From: an uncultured Rickettsiales bacterium
GTDB taxonomy: Bacteria > Pseudomonadota > Alphaproteobacteria > Rickettsiales > SXRF01
Assembly: GCA_964645205.1 (NCBI GenBank)
Contig: CAZYBO010000004.1
Coordinates: forward strand, 177,623 to 241,622
Length of the DNA: 64,000 nt
Direction of reading: 5' to 3'
Shown: in pieces, positions 35,090 through 44,802 of the stretch
How positions within the stretch are numbered: the first letter of the stretch is position 1
Layout: every line of letters starts with the position of its first letter
Translations under genes and position numbers: made by a program
The notes under the pieces: model-generated
What the model saw: the letters and a program-made list of their open reading frames with translations, nothing else
Told to the model about the DNA's origin: nothing
Database searches by the model: none

Positions 35090-37198
35090 TCAGCGCGTCG
35101 GGTATTGATATTCCACTTTGCCTTTTTTAGGCATATCCGGCGCGCCGCCGAGCAGCTTGTCCCAGAATCCGCTGCCGAGTTCCAACCCGCCGCCGCTCGG
35201 CCCATCCCACGGCAGGAAGCCGGAGGAACCGTCGGTGGGCAGCGACGAGACCGGCGTGCTTGCAAGCGCGGGCTGCATGAAATTATGCCAGATGCGCGCA
35301 GGCAGCATGCCGCCGGTAACTTTTTTCATCGGCGTGTTGTCATCGTTGCCCACCCAGACGCCTGCGACGAGATCGGGCGTGTAGCCGATAAACCATGCAT
35401 CCTTATAATCCGACGTAGTGCCGGTTTTTCCTGCCGCCGGGCGACCGATCTGGGCGGCGCGTCCCGTGCCTCCGGTGACAACGCCCATAAGCATCTCGTT
35501 CATCATGCCAACCACGTCGCCGCGCAGCACCACGCCGCTTTTCGCACCGCGCCGCTGGTAGAGCGTTTCCCCGACGACCGTATCGACCTGTAAAATCCCG
35601 TACGGGTTCACGATCGCGCCGCCCGACGCGAGATGCGCATACGCATTGGTCAGCTCAAGCAGCGATACTTCGGTGGCGCCGAGCGCGATGCTCGGAACGG
35701 GGTCGAGATCGGCGTTGATGCCCAGCCGGTGGGCAATGTCGATAACATGGCCGCGCCCGGCGCGCTCGCTTACCTGAACAGCCACCGTGTTGATGGATTC
35801 CTGCACCGCCTCGCGCAGCGGGATCACACCGAGATACCGGTTATTGTAATTCTTGGGCGACCAGTTGCCGCCGGAAATAGGAATCGTGATGGGCTTGTCT
35901 TCCACCATCGTATCGGGCGTAAGGCCGCTTTCGAGACCGGCGAGGTAGACGAAGAGCTTGAACGACGACCCAGGCTGGCGTAGCGCTTGCGTCGCGCGGT
36001 TATACTGGCTTTCGGCATAGCTGCGCCCGCCGATCATCACACGGATCGCGCCGTCGGGACTCATGGCGACGATGGCAGACTGGCTCGCGGCATGCGGTTC
36101 GCCGTCCTTCTCCATGATGTCGTTCATGGATTTTTCGGCGAGCGCTTGCCAGTCGGGACGCAAGGTGGTGATAACCACTAAATCCTGCTGCACGTTGCCG
36201 ACATAATCAGCGAGCTGGTCGAACAGCCAGTCGGCGAAGTAGAGCGCGCTCTGCGAATCGCGCGGGCGCTTGCCCATCGTCGCGGTGAGTTCGCGCCTGC
36301 CTTTTTCTACCTGCTGCGGCGTGAGGTAGCCCGCGTCCGCCATATTGACTAGCACCTGCTCGCCGCGTTTGCGCGCAAGCGTGGGATTGCCGGTGGGCGC
36401 GTAGCGCGAGGGCGCCTTGAGCAGCCCGGCCATGATCGCCGATTCGCTTAAGTTCATGTCGCGCGCGGGCTTGTCGAAATAACGCTTCGACGCGGCGTCA
36501 ACGCCGTAGCTTCCCGCGCCGAGATAGACGCGGTTTAAGTAAATGCTGAGTATTTCCTTCTTGGTAAAACGGCGCTCCAGCTTCACCGCCAGCATCATCT
36601 CCCGTATCTTGCGCGACAGCGAACGCTCCGGCGTGAGAAACACGTTCTTGGCGACTTGCTGCGTGATGGTGGAGCCGCCCTGCACCACGTGGCGCGCACG
36701 GATGTTGGCGATCGTAGCGCGCAGAAGCCCCAGCGGATCGATGCCGAAATGGTGGTAGTAATTGCGGTCTTCGGTGGCGATCACCGCGTCGATCAGCGCG
36801 GCGGGCAGATCCTCGAAATCGACGAAATCGCCGTAAATATCGCCGAAACTGCCGATAATCTGGCCATCTTCGGATTTGATGAGGATGCTCGGCGCCTTGG
36901 TGAATTTATTGAGGTCGTCAATGTCCGGCAACCCCCACGAAAACCAGAGATACGTGCACACTACCGCCACGCCGCCCCATAGCATGAGCTTGCGTACCAG
37001 CCGGCGGAACCATTTGCTGCGGCGGCGGTAGCGCGGGAACTTGCGCGGCGGCTGCGTTTTGTGCTGCGATGCGCCGCCCTTCGATTCCAGCGCGGGGGAG
37101 CGCCGCGGCGTGTAGCCCGATTTTTTCCCAGATTTCCTGCCGGATTTCTTTTTGCCTTTTTTCCTGAAGGCACGGCGGATTTTTTTAAGCACACTCAT
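35090..37198 (-). CDS. mrcA: Penicillin-binding protein 1A (bifunctional transglycosylase/transpeptidase)
   Basis: Transglycosylase motifs EDRNYYHHFGIDP and RKIREMMLAVKLE. Transpeptidase motifs SSFK, SIN and KTGTT. The cytoplasmic tail is unusually basic (KKGKKKSGRKSGKKSG...). Confidence 0.92.
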   Translation of the reverse strand: MSVLKKIRRAFRKKGKKKSGRKSGKKSGYTPRRSPALESKGGASQHKTQPPRKFPRYRRRSKWFRRLVRKLMLWGGVAVVCTYLWFSWGLPDIDDLNKFTKAPSILIKSEDGQIIGSFGDIYGDFVDFEDLPAALIDAVIATEDRNYYHHFGIDPLGLLRATIANIRARHVVQGGSTITQQVAKNVFLTPERSLSRKIREMMLAVKLERRFTKKEILSIYLNRVYLGAGSYGVDAASKRYFDKPARDMNLSESAIMAGLLKAPSRYAPTGNPTLARKRGEQVLVNMADAGYLTPQQVEKGRRELTATMGKRPRDSQSALYFADWLFDQLADYVGNVQQDLVVITTLRPDWQALAEKSMNDIMEKDGEPHAASQSAIVAMSPDGAIRVMIGGRSYAESQYNRATQALRQPGSSFKLFVYLAGLESGLTPDTMVEDKPITIPISGGNWSPKNYNNRYLGVIPLREAVQESINTVAVQVSERAGRGHVIDIAHRLGINADLDPVPSIALGATEVSLLELTNAYAHLASGGAIVNPYGILQVDTVVGETLYQRRGAKSGVVLRGDVVGMMNEMLMGVVTGGTGRAAQIGRPAAGKTGTTSDYKDAWFIGYTPDLVAGVWVGNDDNTPMKKVTGGMLPARIWHNFMQPALASTPVSSLPTDGSSGFLPWDGPSGGGLELGSGFWDKLLGGAPDMPKKGKVEYQYPTR

Positions 37199-37377
37199 GA
37201 TTCGTTCTTTTTGAGTACGTATTCCAGCTTGCGTACGGCGAGCTTTGCGAGCTGTTTTTTGCTCACCGAGCTTGCGCCGACGATGGACACTTCCTTCATC
37301 GTATGAGGGTCGATGGCGGTCACTTTCACGGATTTCCCCGCAACGGTGTATTCGATGATGTAATCGTCATCCGCCAT
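37195..37377 (-). CDS. Small conserved alphaproteobacterial protein (DUF6898-like)
   Basis: 60 aa: DYIIEYTVAGKSVKVTAIDPHTMKEVSIVGASSVSKKQLAKLAVRKLEYVL matches my memory of this small family. It overlaps both neighbours (TAATG and ATGA junctions). Confidence 0.55.
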   Translation of the reverse strand: MADDDYIIEYTVAGKSVKVTAIDPHTMKEVSIVGASSVSKKQLAKLAVRKLEYVLKKNES

Positions 37378-38675
37378 TACACCTTCAAATCCTCAGGCAG
37401 GCGCGTATCCGGCAATTTTTCGACGCGCAGGCGCGTGATCTGCGCGGCGGATTTTTCCATAACCGTGAAGCGGAACCCGAACACGTTGAAGCGCTCGCCC
37501 ACCGACGGAAGCACTTCGATCTCATGGATGAGCAGCCCGGCAATGGTGGATGCCTCTTCGTCCGGCAGTTTCCAGTCGAGATGGCGATTGAGGTCGCGCA
37601 CGCTGACGCTGCCGTCGATCAGGTAGACATCCTTGCCGATTTTCTGGATGTCGTTGTCGGCTTCGTCGTGCTCGTCGTCAATGTCGCCGACGATTTCCTC
37701 GATGATGTCTTCCAGCGTGACGATGCCGAGCCAGCTTCCGTACTCGTCCACCACAAAGGCGAAATGCTGGCGCTTGCTGCGGAAAGCAAGCAACTGGTCG
37801 CGCAGCGACGTGGTTTCGGGAATGAACCACGGCACAGTGCAGATGGACATAATGCGCTCGCTGTCGAGCTTGCCTTTATATTCGTTGAGCGCCTTGATAA
37901 GATTCTTCACGTGCAGCACGCCGATGATGTTGTCCGGCTGGTCGCGCCACAGCGGAATGCGGCTGTGCATGGTGCTCACGGCGGCCGCCACCAGCGCTTC
38001 CGGCGGCAGGCTTGCGTCGATGATTTCCACATGCTTGCGGTGAATCATGATTTCACCGATTTCGATGTCGTTGAGATCGAGAATGCTACCGAGCATGTCG
38101 CGATCCTGCTTGATCATCTTGCCTTCACGATGGTGCAGCTCGATAGTGCCGCGAATGACGTCGGTCGCGGAAATCAGCGTGTTGCTCTTGGAAATGTCGA
38201 TGCCGAATATTTTCAGCAGCACGCGAATGAAAATCTGGATGCTGCGCGTAATCGGATAAAGCAGCTTTACCAGCACGCTCAGGATCGGCGCAAGTACGAG
38301 CGATACTTTCTCCGCATTCTGGATGGCATAGGTTTTCGGCAGCACTTCGGTGAAAATAACCACCACCAGCGTCATGGCGAGCGTCACCAGCAGCAAGCCG
38401 CTTTCCGTGCCGAACAACTTGAGTGTGAAGCTGGTGGCGATCGCCGAAGCCGCGATGTTCACCGCGTTGTTGCCCAGCAGCACCGTGCCGATCAGCGATT
38501 CTTTCTCGCGGCGCAGGCGGCTTACGATTTCAGCGCGCTTGTTGCCGCCCATCACCAGTTGATAAATACGTGCGCGGGAGATGGCGGTAAGCGCCGTTTC
38601 CGCTGCGGAGAAAAACGCCGAGATCAGCAGCAGCAACAGGATGGTGAGGCCGTAAAAAATCAGCTCGTTATCCAT
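37377..38675 (-). CDS. HlyC/CorC (CNNM, DUF21-CBS-CorC_HlyC) family transporter
   Basis: 432 aa: an N-terminal 4-TM DUF21, a CBS pair, and the C-terminal CorC_HlyC domain (...GERFNVFGFRFTVMEKSAAQITRLRVEKL). Confidence 0.88.
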   Translation of the reverse strand: MDNELIFYGLTILLLLLISAFFSAAETALTAISRARIYQLVMGGNKRAEIVSRLRREKESLIGTVLLGNNAVNIAASAIATSFTLKLFGTESGLLLVTLAMTLVVVIFTEVLPKTYAIQNAEKVSLVLAPILSVLVKLLYPITRSIQIFIRVLLKIFGIDISKSNTLISATDVIRGTIELHHREGKMIKQDRDMLGSILDLNDIEIGEIMIHRKHVEIIDASLPPEALVAAAVSTMHSRIPLWRDQPDNIIGVLHVKNLIKALNEYKGKLDSERIMSICTVPWFIPETTSLRDQLLAFRSKRQHFAFVVDEYGSWLGIVTLEDIIEEIVGDIDDEHDEADNDIQKIGKDVYLIDGSVSVRDLNRHLDWKLPDEEASTIAGLLIHEIEVLPSVGERFNVFGFRFTVMEKSAAQITRLRVEKLPDTRLPEDLKV

Positions 38676-38677
38676 GG

Positions 38678-39199
38678 TTACAGCACCCTTTTCATAATAA
38701 AATCATCCATGACATAGCCGCCGCCGATATCGCGCACGTCCAGCCTCTCAATGATAAATCCATTGCGGAAATAGAAATTGACGGCCTGCACGTTTCTGCG
38801 GTTCACGCGCAGGGTGAGGACACGCGGCGCGTGGGCGGCGATGGCATGCGCGAGCAGGCGCGCGCCGAAGCCTTTGCCGTGGTCGCACGCGTCCACATAG
38901 AGCTTGTCGATAAACCAGTTATCCTCGCCCGCAGGCTCGACGGCGATGTACCCGCAGAGGCGTTCGCCTTCATGCAGCAGCCAGAAACGCTGCTGTTTTT
39001 CCGCCGCGGCTTTTTCGATGGCTTCAGCGGTGCAGAATTTCTCCAGCATGTAATCGATCTGTCCGGCGGAGACGATGTCTGGAAGGTAGCATTCGCGCCA
39101 GATGCGCCCGGCAAGCTCGCATATGCGCCGCGCATCGCCCCGCTGCATCGCACGGATGGCAGGCACGTCACCGGAAATATGGATGGGCGCGGGCTTCAC
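38678..39199 (-). CDS. GNAT-family N-acetyltransferase
   Basis: ...IRAMQRGDARRICELAGRIWRECY...LYVDACDHGKGFGARLLAHAI. The start is placed at GTG 39199, 11 nt after the aroB stop; ATG 39148 is the alternative. The longer track ORF overlaps aroB and is rejected. Confidence 0.75.
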   Translation of the reverse strand: MKPAPIHISGDVPAIRAMQRGDARRICELAGRIWRECYLPDIVSAGQIDYMLEKFCTAEAIEKAAAEKQQRFWLLHEGERLCGYIAVEPAGEDNWFIDKLYVDACDHGKGFGARLLAHAIAAHAPRVLTLRVNRRNVQAVNFYFRNGFIIERLDVRDIGGGYVMDDFIMKRVL

Positions 39200-39212
39200 A
39201 ATGAGCGGCAGC

Positions 39213-40322
39213 TTACATCGCGGCGCAGGTTTCGGCAAGCACCTGCCGGATGAGCGCCGCGTCCACGTCGTGGGCGATGAATGCCTTGCCGATGCCGCGC
39301 GTGAGGATGAAGGTGAGCTTGCCTGCTTCGGCCTTCTTGTCGTGTCCGAAATGCGCCATGAGATGGTCGATGTCCCAGTTCGGACGCAGCGACAACGGGG
39401 ATGCGGGCAGCCCGACCGCCTTGTAATGCGCCAGTACGCGCGCCTCGTCCGCATGCGGGCACAGCCCCATTTTCACCGAAGCGGCAAAAGCCATGGCCAT
39501 GCCGATGGCAACCGCCTCGCCATGCAGGAGCGTATCGGAAAAGCCGGTTTCGGCTTCCAGCGCGTGGCCGAACGTGTGACCGAAATTAAGCAACGCGCGC
39601 ACGCCGGATTCTTTCTCGTCCTTCGCCACGATCGCAGCCTTGGCCTTGCAGCTTGCGGCCACCGCTTGCGCGGCGAGTACGCTGTCGCCGTCCAGCACGC
39701 CCGCGCCGTTTTTTTCCAGCCATGCGAAGAAGCCGGGATTATCGATAAAACCGTATTTGACGATTTCGGCATAGCCCGCCCTGCGCTCGCGCGGCGGCAG
39801 GGTCGAAAGGGTAGATACGTCCGCCAGCACCAGCAGCGGCTGGTGGAAACTACCGATCAGGTTTTTCCCGAAACGCGAATTGATGCCGGTTTTCCCGCCG
39901 ACGGAACTATCCACCTGCGACAGCAGCGTGGTAGGGATCTGGATGAAATCGACCCCCCGCAGCAGGACGCTGGCGGCAAAGCCGGTAATGTCGCCAACGA
40001 CCCCGCCGCCGAGCGCGATCAACGTCGTCTTGCGGTCGGGATGCTGCTCCAGCAGCGATTCCATCAAATCGCCGAACGCGCTGAGACTCTTGGTGCCCTC
40101 ACCCGGCTTGACCACGATGGAGCGGTACTGGATTTTCTTTTCTTCCAGCGCGTTGCTCAGGCGGTGCAGATAAAGCCGCGCCACCTGCTCATCCGTGACG
40201 ATGATGACCTTTTTGCCTTTCAGCAGCGGCGCGATATGCGTCCCGGCATCGGCCAACAGGCGCTCGCCTACGAGAATATCGTAGCTGCGTTCGCACAGCT
40301 CCACACGTAAGGTCTGCGTCAT
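39213..40322 (-). CDS. aroB: 3-dehydroquinate synthase
   Basis: 369 aa: GGGVVGDITGFAAS...LNFGHTFGHALE...HGEAVAIGM. This is a canonical AroB. Confidence 0.95.
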   Translation of the reverse strand: MTQTLRVELCERSYDILVGERLLADAGTHIAPLLKGKKVIIVTDEQVARLYLHRLSNALEEKKIQYRSIVVKPGEGTKSLSAFGDLMESLLEQHPDRKTTLIALGGGVVGDITGFAASVLLRGVDFIQIPTTLLSQVDSSVGGKTGINSRFGKNLIGSFHQPLLVLADVSTLSTLPPRERRAGYAEIVKYGFIDNPGFFAWLEKNGAGVLDGDSVLAAQAVAASCKAKAAIVAKDEKESGVRALLNFGHTFGHALEAETGFSDTLLHGEAVAIGMAMAFAASVKMGLCPHADEARVLAHYKAVGLPASPLSLRPNWDIDHLMAHFGHDKKAEAGKLTFILTRGIGKAFIAHDVDAALIRQVLAETCAAM

Positions 40323-40876
40323 GCGACACGTTCCTTCAACGCCTGAATAATGCTGGTGACCACCGATTCGTGCATGCCTGCGTTGCTGTCGATGGTAATG
40401 GAGGCTTCGGCATAGAGCGGGTAGCGCTCGTCCATCAGCTTTTTCAGGATGGCGCTTTTGTCGCCGGTTTTAAGCAACGGGCGGGTGTCACGGCGGGAAA
40501 CCCGCTCCAGTAACACTTCAAGGTCGGCTTTCAGCCACACGGAAATCGCCTTCTCGCGGATAGCGCCGCGGATTTCGGGATTGATGAACGCGCCGCCGCC
40601 GGTGGCGATCACCGTGACTTCGCCGCCAAGCAGACGCATTAGCACACGCTGTTCGAGGTCGCGGAAAATCGTTTCGCCGTGGATTTCAAAAATGTCGGAA
40701 ATGCTGCAGCCGGCGGCCTCGACGATCTCCTGATCGGAGTCGATGAACTGCAACCCCAGCGCGCCCGCAAGCCTGCGCCCGATGGTCGATTTTCCTGCGC
40801 CCATCAGCCCGACGAGCACCACCGGCTTATCCAACGCCAGCGCTGTATAAGGTTCATTATGCGTGTGAAGCGTCAT
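40319..40876 (-). CDS. aroK: Shikimate kinase
   Basis: Walker A GLMGAGKSTIGRRLA, plus DSDQEI and GGGA motifs. Its stop overlaps the aroB ATG (ATGA). Confidence 0.93.
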   Translation of the reverse strand: MTLHTHNEPYTALALDKPVVLVGLMGAGKSTIGRRLAGALGLQFIDSDQEIVEAAGCSISDIFEIHGETIFRDLEQRVLMRLLGGEVTVIATGGGAFINPEIRGAIREKAISVWLKADLEVLLERVSRRDTRPLLKTGDKSAILKKLMDERYPLYAEASITIDSNAGMHESVVTSIIQALKERVA

Positions 40877-40958
40877 CGGTTGAAATGCTTCTTTTTTGCT
40901 TGTTATTGTAAAGGGCGCTGATTACCATGGTGTTCATAATTAAAGGAAATGACAAAGA

Positions 40959-41126
40959 ATGCAACAGAAGCGACGCCGCTCCCCGCTTAAATTTCTCGTG
41001 CTGCTGCTCGTGCTGGCCTCAGGCTCCGGCATTGCGGTGCTGTACATGACCGACATTCCCGCCCCCACGCAGACGGTGGAAAAGGAGCTCGATGCCAAAG
41101 CCTTCCTCGCCGGTAAGCCCGAGTAA
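40959..41126 (+). CDS. Candidate 55-aa single-pass membrane protein (below the ORF-track size cutoff)
   Basis: ATG 40959 gives MQQKRRRSPLKFLVLLLVLASGSGIAVLYMTDIPAPTQTVEKELDAKAFLAGKPE, with TAA at 41124-41126. It has a positive-inside N-terminus and one TM segment. The 3' end overlaps the xerD start by 35 nt. Confidence 0.4.
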   Translation: MQQKRRRSPLKFLVLLLVLASGSGIAVLYMTDIPAPTQTVEKELDAKAFLAGKPE

Positions 41127-42072
41127 CGAAGACGCGCGGATTGTCGGGCAATTCATCGAAATGATGGTGGCCGAACGCGGCGCGGCGGCAAATACGGCAG
41201 CGGCCTACCAGCGCGATCTATCTGATTTTCTTTCATTTTCCAGCAAACATCGCCTCAAGCTGGGTAACGTTTCCCGCACCGACATCGAAAAATTCATGGC
41301 GCAGCTTGCCCGCGCAGGACTCGCCGCCCGCTCAGTAGCCCGGAAACTGTCGGCGCTGCGGCAATTCTTTGAATTCTGCTACAATGAGAAGATGCGCGCC
41401 GACAACCCGGCCGCCACGCTGGAAACGCCCAAACAGCCCAAAATACTGCCTAAAATGCTCGAAACCGGGCATATCACCGCTCTTATCAGCGCCGCGCGCA
41501 AGGATAATTCCGCCGAAGGCATCCGCTTGCAGGCCATGCTGGAGCTGATGTACGGCGCAGGATTGCGCGTATCGGAGCTGGTGTCGCTCAAACTTTCCGC
41601 ACTGCAGGTAAAACCCGGCAGCAAGCAGGTGCTAGCCGATTCGCTCGTCGTATCCGGCAAGGGCAATAAAGAACGGCTGGTGCCGATCAACGGGCATGCG
41701 CGCGCTGCGCTTTCGCGTTACCTTGAAGTACGCGACGATTTCCTTCCCGGCACGGAGGAAAAGCGCATGCCGAGTGTCTGGCTGTTTCCTTACCACCGTG
41801 CTGAAGGTTATGTCACCCGCCAGCAGTTCGGCGTGATGCTGAAGGCGCTGGCGGTGAAGGCGAATATCGATCCCGAGGCGTTGTCGCCGCACACGCTGCG
41901 CCATTCTTTCGCCAGCCACCTGCTTGAAGGCGGCGCCGATCTGCGCGTGATTCAGGAATTGCTGGGACATTCCGATATTTCCACCACTCAAATCTACACC
42001 CATATCGCAGGCGACCGCCTGAAAAAACTGGTGCAGGAAAAGCACCCGCTGCGAAAGCGGAAAAAACTGTAA
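41092..42072 (+). CDS. xerD: Site-specific tyrosine recombinase XerD
   Basis: FIEMMVAERGAAANTAAAYQRDL...LRVSELVSL...HTLRHSFASHLLEGGADLRVIQELLGHSDISTTQIYTH. AAAGGAG lies just before ATG 41092. Confidence 0.9.
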   Translation: MPKPSSPVSPSNEDARIVGQFIEMMVAERGAAANTAAAYQRDLSDFLSFSSKHRLKLGNVSRTDIEKFMAQLARAGLAARSVARKLSALRQFFEFCYNEKMRADNPAATLETPKQPKILPKMLETGHITALISAARKDNSAEGIRLQAMLELMYGAGLRVSELVSLKLSALQVKPGSKQVLADSLVVSGKGNKERLVPINGHARAALSRYLEVRDDFLPGTEEKRMPSVWLFPYHRAEGYVTRQQFGVMLKALAVKANIDPEALSPHTLRHSFASHLLEGGADLRVIQELLGHSDISTTQIYTHIAGDRLKKLVQEKHPLRKRKKL

Positions 42073-42075
42073 TTC

Positions 42076-42789
42076 CTACCGGTATGCGTGCAGCGTCTTG
42101 CCGTGCGTTTGCAACCAATGACGAGATTCGCGCCAGTGCGGGCACAGCTGGGCTACGACCTGCCAGAACGCCTTGCTATGATTCATTTCCACCAAATGCG
42201 CGACCTCGTGGCTAACCACGTAGCCCAGCACCTCACGCGGGGCAAGCACCAGCCGCCATGAGAAAGACAGGTTGCCGTCTTGCGTGCAGCTTCCCCATAG
42301 CGAGCTAGTGTCACGGACGGTGATTTTTCGGATACGTTTTTCCACCTGCGCGGCCTGTGCCTGCGCCTGAGGCGTGATTTCGTCGCGAGCGAGCGCTCGC
42401 AGCCAGTCCTGAAGGCGGCGGGCAAGGAATTCCGGCTCTCCGGGCACGAGTACGCAATCGCCCTCGATCCGCACCACGCCGCGCCCGCCCGTATGCGCTA
42501 TGCGGTATCGCGCGCCCAGCAACGGCAGCGTCCCGCCGTCGGCGAACGCGGCTCCCGCGTCGGCGTGGCTGGCGAGCTGCTGCATGATCCAGCCTCGCTT
42601 TTCCTCGATAAAACGTAACCCTTGCCCGATAGCCACATATCGGGGTAAAGTGAGCGTCAGGCACCGGTCGAGCGGCTGGTAGCGGACGATCATATGCCGC
42701 GCCGTTTTATGCTTGCGGATCACCACCGGCACCGATTGATCCGCAGAAGTGAACCAATATTTGGATATATGCAGGGCTTTACTCATCAT
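42076..42789 (-). CDS. M48/YgjP-like (DUF45) metal-dependent hydrolase
   Basis: HEVAHLVEMNHSKAFW is a zinc-binding HExxH context typical of the YgjP/DUF45 family. Confidence 0.8.
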   Translation of the reverse strand: MMSKALHISKYWFTSADQSVPVVIRKHKTARHMIVRYQPLDRCLTLTLPRYVAIGQGLRFIEEKRGWIMQQLASHADAGAAFADGGTLPLLGARYRIAHTGGRGVVRIEGDCVLVPGEPEFLARRLQDWLRALARDEITPQAQAQAAQVEKRIRKITVRDTSSLWGSCTQDGNLSFSWRLVLAPREVLGYVVSHEVAHLVEMNHSKAFWQVVAQLCPHWRESRHWLQTHGKTLHAYR

Positions 42790-42798
42790 TAGCGTTAT

Positions 42799-44634
42799 AT
42801 GCGATTTCCTCCGTCATTCATAGAGCGTCTGCGCTCGCATTTTCTCCTGTCGGAAATCATCGGCGCGCGCATCGCTATTAAGAAAGCGGGACGCGAATAC
42901 CACGCGTTGTGCCCTTTCCACAACGAAAAATCGCCGTCATTCACCATCAATGACGAAAAAAACTTCTACCATTGTTTCGGCTGCGGCGAACATGGCGACG
43001 CGATCAGCTTCCTCATGAAATACGAGCGGCTGACCTACCCTGAAACGATCGAGCGCTTAAGCAGTGACGCAGGCATCCCCATGCCGAAGCCCGATCCCAT
43101 CGAAGCGCGGCGCGCGGACGCGGAAAAAACCATCCACGACGTGCTCGATGCCGCCGCCACATGGTTCGAGCAGCAGCTTGCCGCCAACGCGCTGCCACAG
43201 GATTACCTGAAGAAACGCGGGCTTGCCGCCGATACGCAAAAACAGTTCCGCATCGGTTACGCGCCCGATGGCCGCAACGCGCTGCACCAGCATTTGCTGA
43301 AGGCCGGATTCCCGCAGCCGCTGCAGGCGCAGGCCGGGCTTATCATCCTGCCCGAAGGCGGCGGCGTGCCGTATGACCGTTTCCGTGGGCGCGTGATGTT
43401 CCCTATCCGCAACGCGTCGGGAAAAATCATCGCGTTCGGCGGACGCCTGATCGTGGATACCGCGAACAGCAAATTGCCGAAATACCTCAACTCGCCGGAA
43501 ACGGCGGTGTTCAAAAAAGGCGAGATGCTGTTCAACCTCGACCTCGCTAAGCGCGCCGCGCGCGAGCGCAACATGGCGGTGGTGATGGAAGGCTACATGG
43601 ACGTAGTATCCACCGCGCAGGCGGGCGTGGATTACGCGGTAGCGACGCTCGGCACCGCCGTCACGCCCGAACATTTGCGCCTGCTATGGCAATTGTGCAA
43701 GGAGCCGGTGCTGTGTCTAGACGGCGACGCGGCGGGCAAACGCGCGATGGCGCGCGCGGCCGAAATCGTGCTGCCGCTGCTCAAGCCCGGATGCAGCCTG
43801 CGCTTTGCGCTGTTACCGCGCGGCGAAGACCCCGACACGTATATACGCAAGCACGGCAAGGCGAGTTTCGAGGCGATTGTGAACAATGCGCAGCGTCTGT
43901 CGCAGTCGTTGTGGGAAAGCCTATCGCAGCAATACCGCCTCGACATTCCCGAAGGGCTCGCCGCGCTGGAGGACGCATGCAAAAAACTCACTGATAAAAT
44001 CACCGACCCCACCGTGCGGCACGATTACCTCGATTATTTGCGCCGCCAGATTTCCGCCTGCCGCCAGCGCCTGTGGGATAAGACGCGCACCAAGGGAAAA
44101 CCTGTGCAACCGCGATCACCGCAGGTGATGCAGATGATGGTATCGCACCAGTCGGCGGCGCTTGACGCGGTGATCCGCCAGATGTTTTCCGGCCTGCTTA
44201 TTTTCCCGGCACTGCTGCATAAAAGCGCGGTGGTGGAAGTGCTATCGCACCTCGACATCCGCAATGCGGGTGTCGATGCGCTGCGCAATGCGCTGCTTTC
44301 CGCCTCCGAACAGCCGGGGATCGATAATCCTGACGCACTGGCCGCCTACCTGCAAACGCAATTGCCCGGCATGGCGCTTGGCAACATGCTCGGCGAATCG
44401 CTCGCCCTGCCCTACCGCCCTAGCCTGACGATCGAGGATGCGTGGCAGTTGTGGAATGAAAATGTTTGCGCTTACCAGCTTGAGCATTTGCAGCTCGAAT
44501 TGAAGGAACTGCAGGAAAGCGCCGGGGCGTCGCTCGACGAAGCCAGTTACCAACGAATGATTGAAACACAAAAAGCGCTTGAAAAAGCGCAATTATCCCG
44601 CCAATTCGCCCCCAACGAACCCGACGCCGCATAA
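42799..44634 (+). CDS. dnaG: DNA primase
   Basis: Zinc ribbon CPFHNEKSPSFTINDEKNFYHCFGCGEHGD. TOPRIM motifs EGYMDV...DGDAAG. Confidence 0.95.
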   Translation: MRFPPSFIERLRSHFLLSEIIGARIAIKKAGREYHALCPFHNEKSPSFTINDEKNFYHCFGCGEHGDAISFLMKYERLTYPETIERLSSDAGIPMPKPDPIEARRADAEKTIHDVLDAAATWFEQQLAANALPQDYLKKRGLAADTQKQFRIGYAPDGRNALHQHLLKAGFPQPLQAQAGLIILPEGGGVPYDRFRGRVMFPIRNASGKIIAFGGRLIVDTANSKLPKYLNSPETAVFKKGEMLFNLDLAKRAARERNMAVVMEGYMDVVSTAQAGVDYAVATLGTAVTPEHLRLLWQLCKEPVLCLDGDAAGKRAMARAAEIVLPLLKPGCSLRFALLPRGEDPDTYIRKHGKASFEAIVNNAQRLSQSLWESLSQQYRLDIPEGLAALEDACKKLTDKITDPTVRHDYLDYLRRQISACRQRLWDKTRTKGKPVQPRSPQVMQMMVSHQSAALDAVIRQMFSGLLIFPALLHKSAVVEVLSHLDIRNAGVDALRNALLSASEQPGIDNPDALAAYLQTQLPGMALGNMLGESLALPYRPSLTIEDAWQLWNENVCAYQLEHLQLELKELQESAGASLDEASYQRMIETQKALEKAQLSRQFAPNEPDAA

Positions 44635-44802
44635 GGGCATGCTAATTAACCATTGAAAAAAATAAAATTTGCCTTATTTCTAGCATGTTTACAATTCCGT
44701 TTGGCTGGCGGCAGGCATTAGAAATACCCTTTATATATCAGTTTATTGTTTGTGACGTTGTGAAAACGTCTTAGGCAAACCATTATTTAAGGATCGCGAT
44801 CA

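Noticed and set aside
37524-38717. 397-aa plus-strand ORF
   Set aside because: It is antisense to the CorC/HlyC transporter gene and has no motif.
39102-40310. 402-aa plus-strand ORF
   Set aside because: It is antisense to aroB, which has canonical motifs. Its composition is low-complexity and R/A/G-rich.
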